64,000 bases of DNA from the human T2T-CHM13v2.0 reference genome, Homo sapiens. Under the pieces are notes generated by a model. That model saw only the letters and a list, made by a program, of their open reading frames with translations. It had not been told where the DNA came from and ran no database searches. A program made the position numbers and the translations under genes. Below, piece after piece: positions 52,782-64,000 of the stretch (positions are counted from its first letter, which is position 1; each line of letters begins with the position of its first letter). The stretch lies in NCBI RefSeq assembly GCF_009914755.1, contig NC_060926.1; one strand, given 5' to 3'.

Positions 52782-55700
52782 TTACCAAGATACTTGTGCA
52801 TTTTAGGAATTGGGACCAAGACTCCAGAATGTTCGTGTGCTCAGGCATTTGTTCATTACATCATCCTCAGTCCCAGTGTCCCCTCATCCCCTCCCAGGAA
52901 AGCAAAACGTAACTACTACTAATAAGCTGGTTGTACAGAGAATTCCTAGCTGTACAGAAATTAATGAAGCCCTAGGAAAGAGAATGTGATGAAATACTTA
53001 ATAGATTGCGATTGAAGCCACTGTCTGAAGCTGAAGGAAGCAGGATGCCGTGAGCTTGGCTGCCGTGGGGCAGGGGCACCAGTCCCTCTTCTCTACCCAA
53101 CCACCCTCCTCCCAGCAGTCTCAGCCCCCACCTGGGGGTGTTGGAGGAGTGTTTGGATTGATGATCAGCAAATTGGGGCAGCATGTGGCCTGTCACAAGG
53201 AAGATCTGGGGGGTGAGGATGCTGGTTAGGCTGGAACACCTGAAGCGTAACCTTAAGGCGAGTCTGTGGTTGCCTGAGGTGGCAAGCAGCCCTGTTGGAG
53301 TGCCGGGCATGGGGAGGATTGCCATTCAGAGTCAGAAAGCTGCCTAGCGGGATAGGCAGGCTCATAGAGTGGCTGTGATTCCTGCTGTAGGACTGGCTGA
53401 GGGTGCCTGCAGCTGCCACAGGGAAGGAAACATTTCTTCTTGTTTCCACTGCCTGAGCTGGGGCTCTGAGCCACTGGACTTAATGTGGACAGGAGGGTGA
53501 GTAGAACCCATCCATTCCTCTGTGATCAGCAGTGACAGCCCGGGGCAGTGTGGCCGTTTCAGGTCAAAGCGGACTTCATCCCAGGAGGCCACGGGTGCAG
53601 GGCATGACCCAGAGATACTGGGTGCTAAGCAGAGGTATGACATAGGTGTCTTGGCCCCGTATCTGGGCCACGCAGGTGGTGTCTGGAGCATCCTTTGGAG
53701 ACCGTTCCTGGACTGTTACTCCTCTTATGTAGATTGACCTTTCTCTAGCTGGGGATGTTGGGCCAGGCATACCTGCCCATGGAAAACCAAAACTGTTACA
53801 GACAGAAGTCACAGTGACAGAGCGTTGGTAGGATGGAGTGGCCAGGGAACCTGTGAGAGGAGCCTGTACCGACACTGCCTGCCTCACACAGCATCAGGAG
53901 GGAGACACCAGCGGGGCCCTCCATGGCTAAGTGGGTTCTGCTTCTGAATTGCAATTTCTTTTATATGTTTATTCCATTTTCTGGGTCACCCCTCATTGAA
54001 CATTTACTATGTGCCTGGTGATGTCCTGAGTATACATTAGTCTAAGGCGGAGTCAGTGTTGATCCATTCCACCCCAGCTCAAGCACCCAGCCAGCGAACG
54101 GGGCGAAGTGCAGGCAGAGAGCCAGAAGCAGTGAGGGTGTGTGCTTGGCTTCCTGGAGTATTTGCTAATGAGCAAAACAAGGTTTGCCGGCTTGAAATGG
54201 AAAAGCAACAGGGAACCAGGAATGAATTGCTCCAGAAAAGCCCTGGCCCTGCACCCAGGAGTCTCCTACCTTGTTTGGTGTGAAATCTGTAAACATCTCC
54301 TTCCTCAGAGACACAGCTCCTCCCAGGAGGAACCTAGAGGGATGTGCAAAGAAAATCTCAACCCAAAAGCTCAAAACTGTAGAGTAAAAACATTTCACAT
54401 TTGGCTTTTGGAGTAAGAGTTTTTCAACAATGGATACAGACCATATTGCTGTTCACTTTCCCGTAAATCAACGTGAGACTTTGCTGTCAGCCAACATGAC
54501 AGCAGTGAACAGAGCCCAGGGAACCCCTCAAACTCAAGATAGTCAAGTTGTAACTATGGCATCCCAGCCAGGACCTTCTGGAGTGGGGACCAACAATGGG
54601 GTGAGGCCCCGTGTGGTTCCCAGGATGCCAGAAGCCCCATATCCAGATACGTGGTGGGTGCTGCATTGTCATTTAGGACGAAGGGCCCCCCTCTGCCAAT
54701 TCACTGCCTGTTTGCACAGAAAGTCGTGTGTCCTCAGTATTGGACTTTTGTGGTATCAGTATTGAGGCCCACAATGTATCTGACTATCTTTAAAATGCTG
54801 TACAAATCTGAATTGAATATAAGTATCCTATAACTGGAGTATTGAATGCGGCTAGAATCATCCCAAGGCAGAATTGAGATTCTAACCGCTACGCACACAC
54901 ACTCACAGCCCTGGATCCTCCTTTGTGTGTGTTCTTTCAACATGGTGATGGATAATTTTCAGAATGGGGTCTTTGGGTACATCTGGTATGGGTGAACCAT
55001 ATCTTGACACTGAGTGACATTGGGGTGCTGCCCTGTCCCATCCCTGTGTCATGGCCGGGCCTCCTGCCCCCACCACTCAGGGCAGCCCGTCTGCCTCTGG
55101 CCAGCTGTCGGAGCTGGACTTATCCCTCCCTGGTCTGAGGAATAAGATGTACCCTTGGGTCAGAACCCCCCACAGCCCTCTGCAATGACTGTCTGACAGC
55201 CTTTTTCCTAGTAAGCTGCTTCTTGCTTGTCTAGGTGAAATCTCTAGCAATTGCCCAACCAAAAACTGGGTCTTGGAGCTGATGGCTACACATCCCCTGA
55301 GGGTACCTCTGAAAAGCAAGACCTTTTGAAGGATGGAACCCTGAAGAGCTGGTGCAGAAGCAGGACTGTGCAGGCACCATGAGGGCAAGCACGAAGCCAG
55401 CTGTCTGCACAGACCCACCAGCATCCCGCAGCTCCACACTGCTTTCCTGGTGTGTGGGACGCAGGGAGCCCCCTTCGCCTCTAACTGTGTGCTGCACTCA
55501 CAGGGGCCGAGTAGGGTGTGTTTCTTTTGGTGATGATGTCTACTTGGGCTGAAGGCTCAGAGCGCTCGTTCCTTTGGAGACCCTGCTGCAGGCGAGTGGT
55601 GAGCACATGCTTCCGCACAGACACAGCTGCCAACGGTCCTCCTCCACACCAGCGCTGAGTTGTCATGGAGACAATACAGGCTGGGCTGTGTGTGGTCAGC

Positions 55701-56519
55701 AGAGGGGCACTGGCCCAGCTGGGTGGGTATGTGAGAGGATTTATGAACCAGCATCAATGCATCTCAGTTAAACAGCCCCCGGTACTGCCGCACACGCAGG
55801 ACGTCAGGCTTGGTGTGTGTGGGTTCCCGGACTGGTGTTCTGTCGGCAAACGTTCTCTAACATCCCTGACCCGGTTCCCTTGTCATGCCAAGACAGTTTC
55901 CTAGCAGCCTTAATCATGAAAGGAATCACAAAGGACCCGTATTTTTTCCCTATTAAGCTACTGGAAGAAATTAAAACAGGGAAAGAAAATGGTTACCTTT
56001 AAAAAGTTGGTTTTAATTTTACCAGTGGGAGAAAGACCAGTAGTCAAATAGAAGTTGTTTACTGAGTATTTCGGGTTGAAGAGATACTGGTTCTTGATGA
56101 CCATCTGGATGATTTAGGATGAATTTTAAAATCCGCTGTACAGGAAATTAAGGCAGTGCTCATTAACTAGGAAGATCCTAGGCCTGTCCTGAGAATAATT
56201 GCACAGTCGTCTGTTCAGTGCTGCCTGCCAGGCTGGGAAGGCACATGTGTTTCTGTGGATGTATCTGTGGGGCACTCAGGGCCCTGGAGGCAGAGTCTTC
56301 CTGAGCTTGTCTGGAAGGAGTGCTTCCCTTGGTCATCCCAAGCTCCATTGAGCCTTAACGCATGGATGAGGGGGGAGGCAGGTCTCCAAGGGGACCCTGA
56401 GACCCATGCCTGCCCCCAGGAGGTGTGCGGGGCTGGGCGGAGGAGGGGAGAAGGGAGAACTGAGAGCCTGCAGCATGTGCCAGTGGAGGACCAGGTGAAT
56501 GCAGACCCCACTCACTGGG

Positions 56520-56750
56520 CACGTGTTTAGTGAATGCATGTGAGGTGCCAGGTGTCTTGTACAGATGGGGAGTTTTGTGGTGGGACAGGCTTAGAGTCCT
56601 CCTCTGCTAGAGCTTATGGCTTCATATGATGATAGACATTAAACATGCGCAACTGCTGATGGGGACACACGTTGTCAGGGACGCATGAGATCTATCACGT
56701 TGCAGGGTAGGAGTCACATTTAGAAGGTCATAGATGTCCCTTTCATATGG
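56520..56750 (-). mobile_element. L2 fragment
   Basis: tgtttagtgaatgcatgtgaggtgccagg...tagagcttatgg...gatagacattaaaca. Confidence 0.45.
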
Positions 56751-56859
56751 TGACAGGGTATGCAGGTTGTGACTGAAATCCAGATATGCTGCTTGAGACC
56801 AGGCTCAGCATACATGCTGATTGCTTATAAAGGGGTTGCTTGAAGTGAAAGGAAACAAG

Positions 56860-57050
56860 TAGGCTGCTAGATGAAGAATATGGGCTCTGGTGTGGTAGGA
56901 CTGGGTTTGGTGCTTGCTTTAGGGCTATGTGACTTTCTGTATGGAAAATGGAATACTAATTATGCTGGCAAGGATAATACTTACCATAGTTCTGGGCTTA
57001 TAAAAGAGTGCCAGTAATATTACCTCCTATGTGTGATTATTATTAACATT
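56860..57050 (+). mobile_element. MIR fragment
   Basis: aagaatatgggctctgg...actgggttt...gctatgtgacttt...gaaaatggaatactaat. Confidence 0.45.
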
Positions 57051-57254
57051 ACTGCTATTTTATTATCTTTATTGTCATGTCAAGGAAAATCATTTGTGGT
57101 AGTATGTCAAAGGCAACTTGTAGTTCTGGAAATCTTCTAGGATCTGGATTTCTTAGAAAGTTAAAAAGTCATTATTCCTTGGAACAAACATTATGGAGAT
57201 TTGAGATTTCAAGTTCATTGGTCCTAAACATGTTATCATTTTTTTTGTATATCA

Positions 57255-57790
57255 AAAGTGAATTCCTAGGTGTGTGCCCAAAAGAATTAAAAAACAGGTG
57301 GTCAAACAAGTATACAAATGTTCATAGCAGCCCTATTTACACAGTAGCGAAAAGGTGGGACCAGCCCAAGTGTCTATCAGTGGATGAGTGGATAAACAAA
57401 ATGTGGCCTGTGCCTGCAATGGACTTTTATTCAGCCATCAAAGGAAATGAAATTGTCATATATGCTGCATCTTGTGTGAACCTCAAAAACATTATGCTCA
57501 AAAAAAGCCAGCCACAAAAGGTCACATATTGTATGATTTCATTGGTATGAAGTATCCAGAATAGGTAAATCCATGGAAACAGAAAGCAGATTGGTGGTTG
57601 CCATGGGCTGAGAAGAGGCGGCAATGGAGCAGAATTACTTCACGGGGGTAGGGCTTTATTTTGGGGTGATACAAATGTTCTGATAGATAGAGGTCGTGGC
57701 TGCATAACATTGTGAATGTAGTAAATGCCATTAAATTGTTCACTTTAAAATGGTTAATTTCATGTTATATGAATTTTGCATCAATAAAAG
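57255..57790 (+). mobile_element. L1MB-like 3' end
   Basis: aattcctaggtgtgtgcccaaaagaatt...atccagaataggtaaatccatggaaacagaaagcagattggtggttgcc...tcaataaaa. Confidence 0.85.
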
Positions 57791-58042
57791 AGCTAGTTCT
57801 AAGCACCATTTATACTGTAATATTTGTAGATTACCATAATGTAAAATTGTCCCCACCATATAAAAATGTTCTAGATAGAGGTAGTGGCTGCACAACATTG
57901 TGAATGTAGTAAATGCCATTGAATTGTTCACTTTAAAATGGTTAATTTCCTGTTATATGAATTTTGCATCAATAAAAGAGCTAGTTCTAAGCACCATTTA
58001 TACTGTAATATTTATAGATTACCATAATGTAAAATTGTCCCC
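57673..58042. repeat. ~180-bp tandem duplication
   Basis: Copies 57673-57854 and 57864-58042; 5 substitutions and a 3-nt indel. Confidence 0.96.
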
Positions 58043-58559
58043 TTAGAACATCTCAGAACAGCTTCCACCATTAAAAAAAAAGAAAATGTGTTCCACGCTT
58101 GTCTGCCTTATTATCACCACAGCAAGAGCCTGAGGTTGACCTTTCATGAAGCTTTGCACAATCATCATGAAATGTGGTTTCTCGTACTTTGCTGCATACA
58201 GTGAGGCCCCGCAGAGGCTGCCACGTGAGACTGATATTCACCCTACCCTCTCTTGTGATCCAGAGAAGTAGGAGAGCCTAGAGGCACACCAGGGGAAATC
58301 AGATCACCAGGCTTCAGTTTATATTTGTGATAACGTTGATAAGTTGCTCAGAGCCCTGCCTGTTGGTTAGTGTGATGTGGCCTGAGGAGGGTTCCGTGAC
58401 CCTCCATTCAGTTGGACCGACACCGGAAGTCTGCTGTAGGCCAAGGCAGCAGCTTAATCAGGGCCTTATTTATTGATTCTGGGTTGTAGATTGTTCCCGA
58501 TGACCTAGTTGACTAGAAAGCGTCACAGGAAATGTGCAAGTTGGCTGATGAGCACTCAA

Positions 58560-58940
58560 AAGAGTGCCCCGCACCCGCCGTGCTTCTGCCCTTTTCCTGC
58601 CCTGCCTGGGGAACGGTTGCACTTCCAAGTTCAAGGATTAGCTGAGGTTGTCTGGATGCTTGATTAGCGCGTCCTTTTAAAAGGTTCATTCCTCATCTCG
58701 CTGTTTGCCGGGTACCCTTCCTCTCCCGGACAGCCGCACCTGCTTCCCTGTGCTAATGACAGTTTATGAAGCGAGGCACAGTGAGAGGGATCTGAAGCGT
58801 TCGCGGGGAGCTGGTAATAGGATCTAGGATTTTCCCTTCAAGGTCGGTTGGTTTTTTGAGTCCACTCTAGGTTTATGGAGAGGAAAATTCATTATAATCT
58901 GACATTATTTGGCTATGACCATGGAATGGATTTATAGCCC
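58560..58940. promoter_or_regulatory. Candidate enhancer (CpG-retaining, homeodomain/MEIS motifs)
   Basis: About 15 CpGs in ~290 bp of non-repeat DNA; TAATGACAGTTTATGA at 58754-58769. Motif inference only. Confidence 0.3.
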
Positions 58941-60877
58941 ACGTCATGTGCAGCTGGGTGAGGGGAGACGAACATGCCCCCATTTGGTCTCCAATCCTGG
59001 AGAGGATTTCATGGTTCAGTTGGCAGAGAGGAACCCAGCAACCCTTCATTCAGGAGGCAGTGCTCTTCCCAGGAAGGGGGATCTCGGACCCAGTGATGGT
59101 AGAAGGCATTCTTTGGCTGAACCCACGAGGGTTCGAGTTAGGAGCAGGCATTCAACTTAAGACCTGAGAAAACACCAGCGTTCTCCCACATCACCATATG
59201 TGTGAGTCTGAACGTCCCTGGAGGTGGCATACGCTCATGTCTTAGAAGAAGAAAAAGTTATTTGCTCTAGAAAAGGGTCACGATTAGATGGATATGGGAT
59301 TTGTCCTTTGAGCTAGGAATGGCATTGATGGCAAATATGTGTCCCGTAGTAGATGTAGCAGCTGTCACTGGGTGATGGCCTGAGAGTGACTGTCAGTCCA
59401 GGCCCGTCTGAAGGCTGTGACTGTCCTCCGGGACCCAGGGAGGGCAAGAAGCTTTAGCCCAGGTGTCGCTGCATGGAAGGCCTTGTTCAAGCCACTTAGT
59501 GATGTATTTTCTCACCTGGAAAGTAGATGTAATAGTAACTGGAGAAAACTTGTGTTTCATTTGTATATTGTGAAACTAAATGGCATGCTTATTATTGTTT
59601 TGCCATGGTGCTTTGGGCTAAGGCGCTGGACAAATCTGAACTGTTACCAGACAAATATTCTAAGTCAGATAGAGACCCTTTTTGGCTTGTTTTAAATCAC
59701 ATTATTCCAGCTTTTGTGATACCTCAGCCTTCTCTGTTGTTTTGTTTCTAGAGAAAACAGTTTTGACTTACATATATATATACTACCTTTTTCCTAAAAG
59801 GATCTAAGGGGCCTTATACAAACAATATAGTTAAGCAAGATAAAATAATCTAAATTCACATGGAAAAAAAAATGAGATTAAGAGAGTAGAGATGACCAAG
59901 GTTCATGTTTCGGGGAGGGTGTAAGAAGGGGAGTCCTGAGCTGGGGGACTCGGCTTCTCCCTGAAAGGAGCAGTGGGCAAATGGACAGAATCAACAGACT
60001 TCCCTCGAGCACCTGTCAAATGGCAGGCACCATGCTCTGTGCTGGGATAAAGCTGAAGTCAGCCCCACGCCGGCGGTCCCTCAACTGTCCAGAGCCCTCA
60101 GGACTGTAGGAGGGGGCATGGGGTGGCAGGTCAGCCTTCTGTATCTTCATTACGTAGTTAGAAACAGTTCCCAGAATTTCAGTCGCATCTGTGCCTGGTG
60201 TGCCCTGCATTTCGGATGTGTCACACTTGGCCTCTCCCTCACTGTACAGGAACCTGGATGTGACTCTGGAATCAGGATCACTGAGGTTTGCAGATGATGG
60301 TTTGATTGGATTTTGAAATGATTATTTTCTCAGTGTCATTTCATTTACTGCTCTTTATGTGACCCCGGCCTCGGTGATGGAAATCAACTTTGTGTTCTCA
60401 ATTACTACGACTGTATAATTTCATAAGATTTAGTATCTCCCGTGAAGAGTCCTACTTCTGCTAGGACATTGGGCAGCTGCTGCATCTCCGAGCAGTCCGT
60501 GGAATACCAAGTGACAGGCGCTGGTCCGTTGAAAGTGCCTCCCTGAGACTTACGTGTACACTGTCGTTATCTATCACCCTGCACTCCTCCGCGTGCGTAG
60601 CTCAGAACTGACTCTGAATTAAACAGGCAGTGCTTGGGTTTGGATGTCCTCTCCCACTCAGGGTGCCTCCCATTCATGAGGAGCCCCAGGTGTATTGTGA
60701 CAACAAGATCATTACCACAAGCGTGGCTGTGGGTGGATGTGTAGGTTTTGGGAAATGATTACTTGGAAAATTAAGTTCTTATACCTGGCAGTCTTACCTC
60801 TTAAAAGTGGAGAAACAGTGGCCAGGTAGACTTTGCTGTGAATTACAAGGGCATTTCTTCTGCTGAAAGGCATTTCA

Positions 60878-61188
<311 letters not shown>

Positions 61189-63782
61189 TCACCAGGACTA
61201 TTTTCTCTGCACTCCTTTGTGGAGGATGTTTCCCTGAGCCCACGGTAGGCACTTTATCGGCAGGGCCCCGTGCTTCAGCCACCCTGGTGCACACATAGCA
61301 GCAGGCTGGTGCCCGTAATGGGGGTGGGCCCAGGGGCATCCCAGTGGGGCTTGCCAGTCTGCAGTGGTGATGACACTTCTGAAGGAATGGGATAATTTCA
61401 TCTAACTTGGTGTTCAGTGTTGTCTGTTCAGCTAAAATAAATGTGCCCGATGAACAAAGACTCATGGTTGATGATGAGGCACAAGGATTCAGCAGAAGGG
61501 ACAGCCAACCCTGGGGTTACTGGAATGTCGGGCCCCAATGTCACTGCATAGCAATGTATCCCAGGAGTCAGCGGCATATAGGATAAGCACCTGCTATTCA
61601 CAGTCACTTGTGAACATCTGCCTGGCTTGGCTTCAAGCTTTGATTAGGTCCAGGTCTGCTGAATTTTACCTTCTTTGGACCAGCAGCTTCCAGAGCCATG
61701 TCTTCATGGTGAAAGGCAAGTCCCTAGGGATGCAAGCCCATCTGTACCCAACTGAAACCCATGTTACCCTTCACCTGTATCTTGTTTGTGGGTATTGCAT
61801 CGGCCAAGGCAAATCGTGGGGCTAAGCCCAGGGTCAAGTGTGGGGACGTGCACTCTGCAGAAGTGGAGGGTGGGGATGAGTGTTTGCTGGGCAGTAGTAC
61901 ACCCGAGGCTCCGTGAGAATGTCTACTTTGAGCAGTCAAGAGAAGACACAGATTTTAGACTTGTAGGTTTCCTCATTCCAAAGTTGGTGTGCTTGTACTT
62001 GATTTTGAAGTTATCTTTCTTCCAGGGTGATGGGGGAGCATGAAAGTAAGAGGATCTTGGGAACTGCTGTGCCCATTAATTTTATGGCAAATCCACGTAT
62101 CACCTGGAAAACCATCCATGGGATATTGAGTAGTGGACCAAGAGCTGTGGTCCGGATTCCATGCATACGTTTTGGGAAGAGGCTGACATGAAGCGTGCTA
62201 TTAGCTTGTCGAGAGCCCTGCTGACTTCTGAATGTGGCTTAGCTCCTGCCACGTCCTTTGTTCTTCCAAGGTTAACTGCTGCAAAGGGATTGCAGTGGCC
62301 AGTGGAGGGCTAGTGAAGGTTCAAGCACACTGACAATTAGGCTAAATCGGCAGTGGCAGGTTCTTGCATGGAAGTTGCATCACCTGCTGGAGTGACTGTC
62401 CCTTGACCTCCTCCTGTCTACTGGGTCTTCCTCCACCTCACTTTAATGCTGCTATGCTGCTAATGTGAACTCTGAGGCTTTAACTGGGGAAGTCGCCACC
62501 GCCCCCTCCATCACCCTTGTCCTACAGGTCAGGGCTGGAATGAGGAGCACTTGCAGTTGCCTAGTGGGTGGGATTTCAAGGAAACGGGATACCTTTCTTC
62601 CCCACCCCTTCACCTTTTCCCAGAAATGGTCTCATCACTGTTTCCTTTTGGAATTCTGTCATTGGAATTTCCTGCTTTTGCAGCTCTTGCCAGCTTGCGT
62701 TTCTTTTGAAATTCAGTACGCTTGGGAGCAGTGACGCGAAACTTCGCAGACGCTGACCTCGCTGACAGAGCCAGGCCGGGCAAGAAGAGGTCCGGGAGGA
62801 TCTATCAGGAGTGTGGGGGCTGGTGGGGCCTGCCCTGTAGCGAGGCTTAGGGTATGGGCCCCTGGGGGGTGAGAGAGGACAAGGGATGAGAGTTGGGAGG
62901 TAATTGGGGGGCGGTAAGAGGTGGAGGGTGAGGGGTGAGAGGGCCCCAAAAACACACCCCCTGGGCCACGGTTTCTCTTAGGCTGTGCTGCCCCAGGGTG
63001 GGAGTAGAGGAGATTCTGGACTTCAGAATGCCAGCCAGGCTCCCCTCCTATTTTTTTCGATCCCAGAGACAACAGAGTTCTTTTTTTCTGCATGTTTTTT
63101 GGGGGCTCCTCTTTTCTTGCTGCAATGCTGTCAGAATCATAAAGAGCTGACATCTATAATTAATGTCAGTGGCCTGCACTAGTGAATGCCCGTGGCACAC
63201 AGAACACCTGGCTGTGGAGAAGCAGCAGCAGGACCTAGCGTGTTGGCACTGGAAGGAAACGCAGAGGCCTTTCCCCTCATTTTACATGCAAGGAAACTGA
63301 GGCCCAGAGAGGGGGCCCCACAGCCAGCCAGTGGCAGTGGGCTCTGAGGGGCTCTGGACAGCAGCATCCCACCTGAGTGCGCTCTTGGCTAGGCAGGGTG
63401 ATGGGGCCCCAGTCTGGTGGACGCTCAGCAATAGGAAGGGGAGCGGTGGGGAATCCCTTCTCGTTCCCGGGTGCTGGTCTACCAGACTGGGGCTCCACTG
63501 GGGCCATGGTCCAATACCAGTCCTAGCAGTCATTGAAATATGGGGTTTCAGGCTCCTGATCCTTAAAAACCCTGTGTAAGTAGTCTCCAAGCTAAAAACA
63601 ATCTACACTAATAGATCTGCTCATCAAAAGATTATTTTGAGAGCATTCGGGTAATGTAAACAACCTTTCTGCTTTGTAGCACCCAGCAGTGAGTATCTGG
63701 AGACGTTGGAAATGGGGCTCACCCGATGAGGGCTGTGAGCATGAGCCTCGAGGGCGCTGCAGGGTTCATCTCATTTCTCTCT

Positions 63783-64000
63783 TCATTTATTGAGCACCTG
63801 CTGGATAACAGTGGTCGGCTGTTTTATGTCCGTTGCACATTATTGCATACCGTGTCTAATAAGCCTGCAGAAGTGGGTGCATTATCCTCACTGCAAATGT
63901 GGAAACTAAAGCTTGGTACTAGGAACTTGCATCAGGTTCCCTAGGTGGCAGTGGTGATGCAGAACACACACAGATCTGCAGACCTTAAAGCCTCACGCTC
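63783..64000 (-). mobile_element. MIR
   Basis: catttattgagcacct...attatcctcactgcaaatgtggaaactaaagctt. Confidence 0.6.

Noticed and set aside
62690-62780. Small CpG cluster with gcgaaacttcgc mini-hairpin
   Set aside because: Under 100 bp, too short for a CpG island and no promoter features.
63938-63954. CTCF-like motif ccctaggtggcag (similar at ~39792)
   Set aside because: Mismatches at the 5' core positions; cannot be supported without a PWM scan or ChIP data.

Overview
Primate (human or great-ape; AluY-type elements are present) euchromatic non-coding DNA, most likely from inside one very long intron of a + strand gene. I can support no protein-coding exon and no rRNA, tRNA or CRISPR feature; apart from one retrocopy, the ORF track is Alu, L1, simple-repeat or chance ORFs. 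Content: about 20 Alus, L1/L2/MIR fragments, solo LTRs (MER21-, MER74-, LTR1- and MLT1-like, all antisense), DNA-transposon relics (MER3, MER5, MER30, MER47, MER81) and one SNRPG processed pseudogene whose frame is still open (34318-34763). From memory only, a SNRPG retrocopy (SNRPGP9) lies in SH3RF3 intron 1 on human chr2, which would fit; this is unverified. The most unusual structure is a near-perfect ~320-bp inverted duplication of apparently non-TE sequence (50759-51082 / 51255-51573, 172-bp spacer), with a G-quadruplex motif at one breakpoint and a clipped MER47 end at another. Also notable: a 43-bp minisatellite with a 3-unit higher-order structure, a young 3x64-bp triplication, a 180-bp tandem duplication, a twin-primed (5'-inverted) L1 carrying a nested Alu, and a few candidate enhancers. 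I see no evidence for a new multi-gene system. Repeat subfamily names come from recalled consensus sequences, and the boundaries of old elements are approximate.
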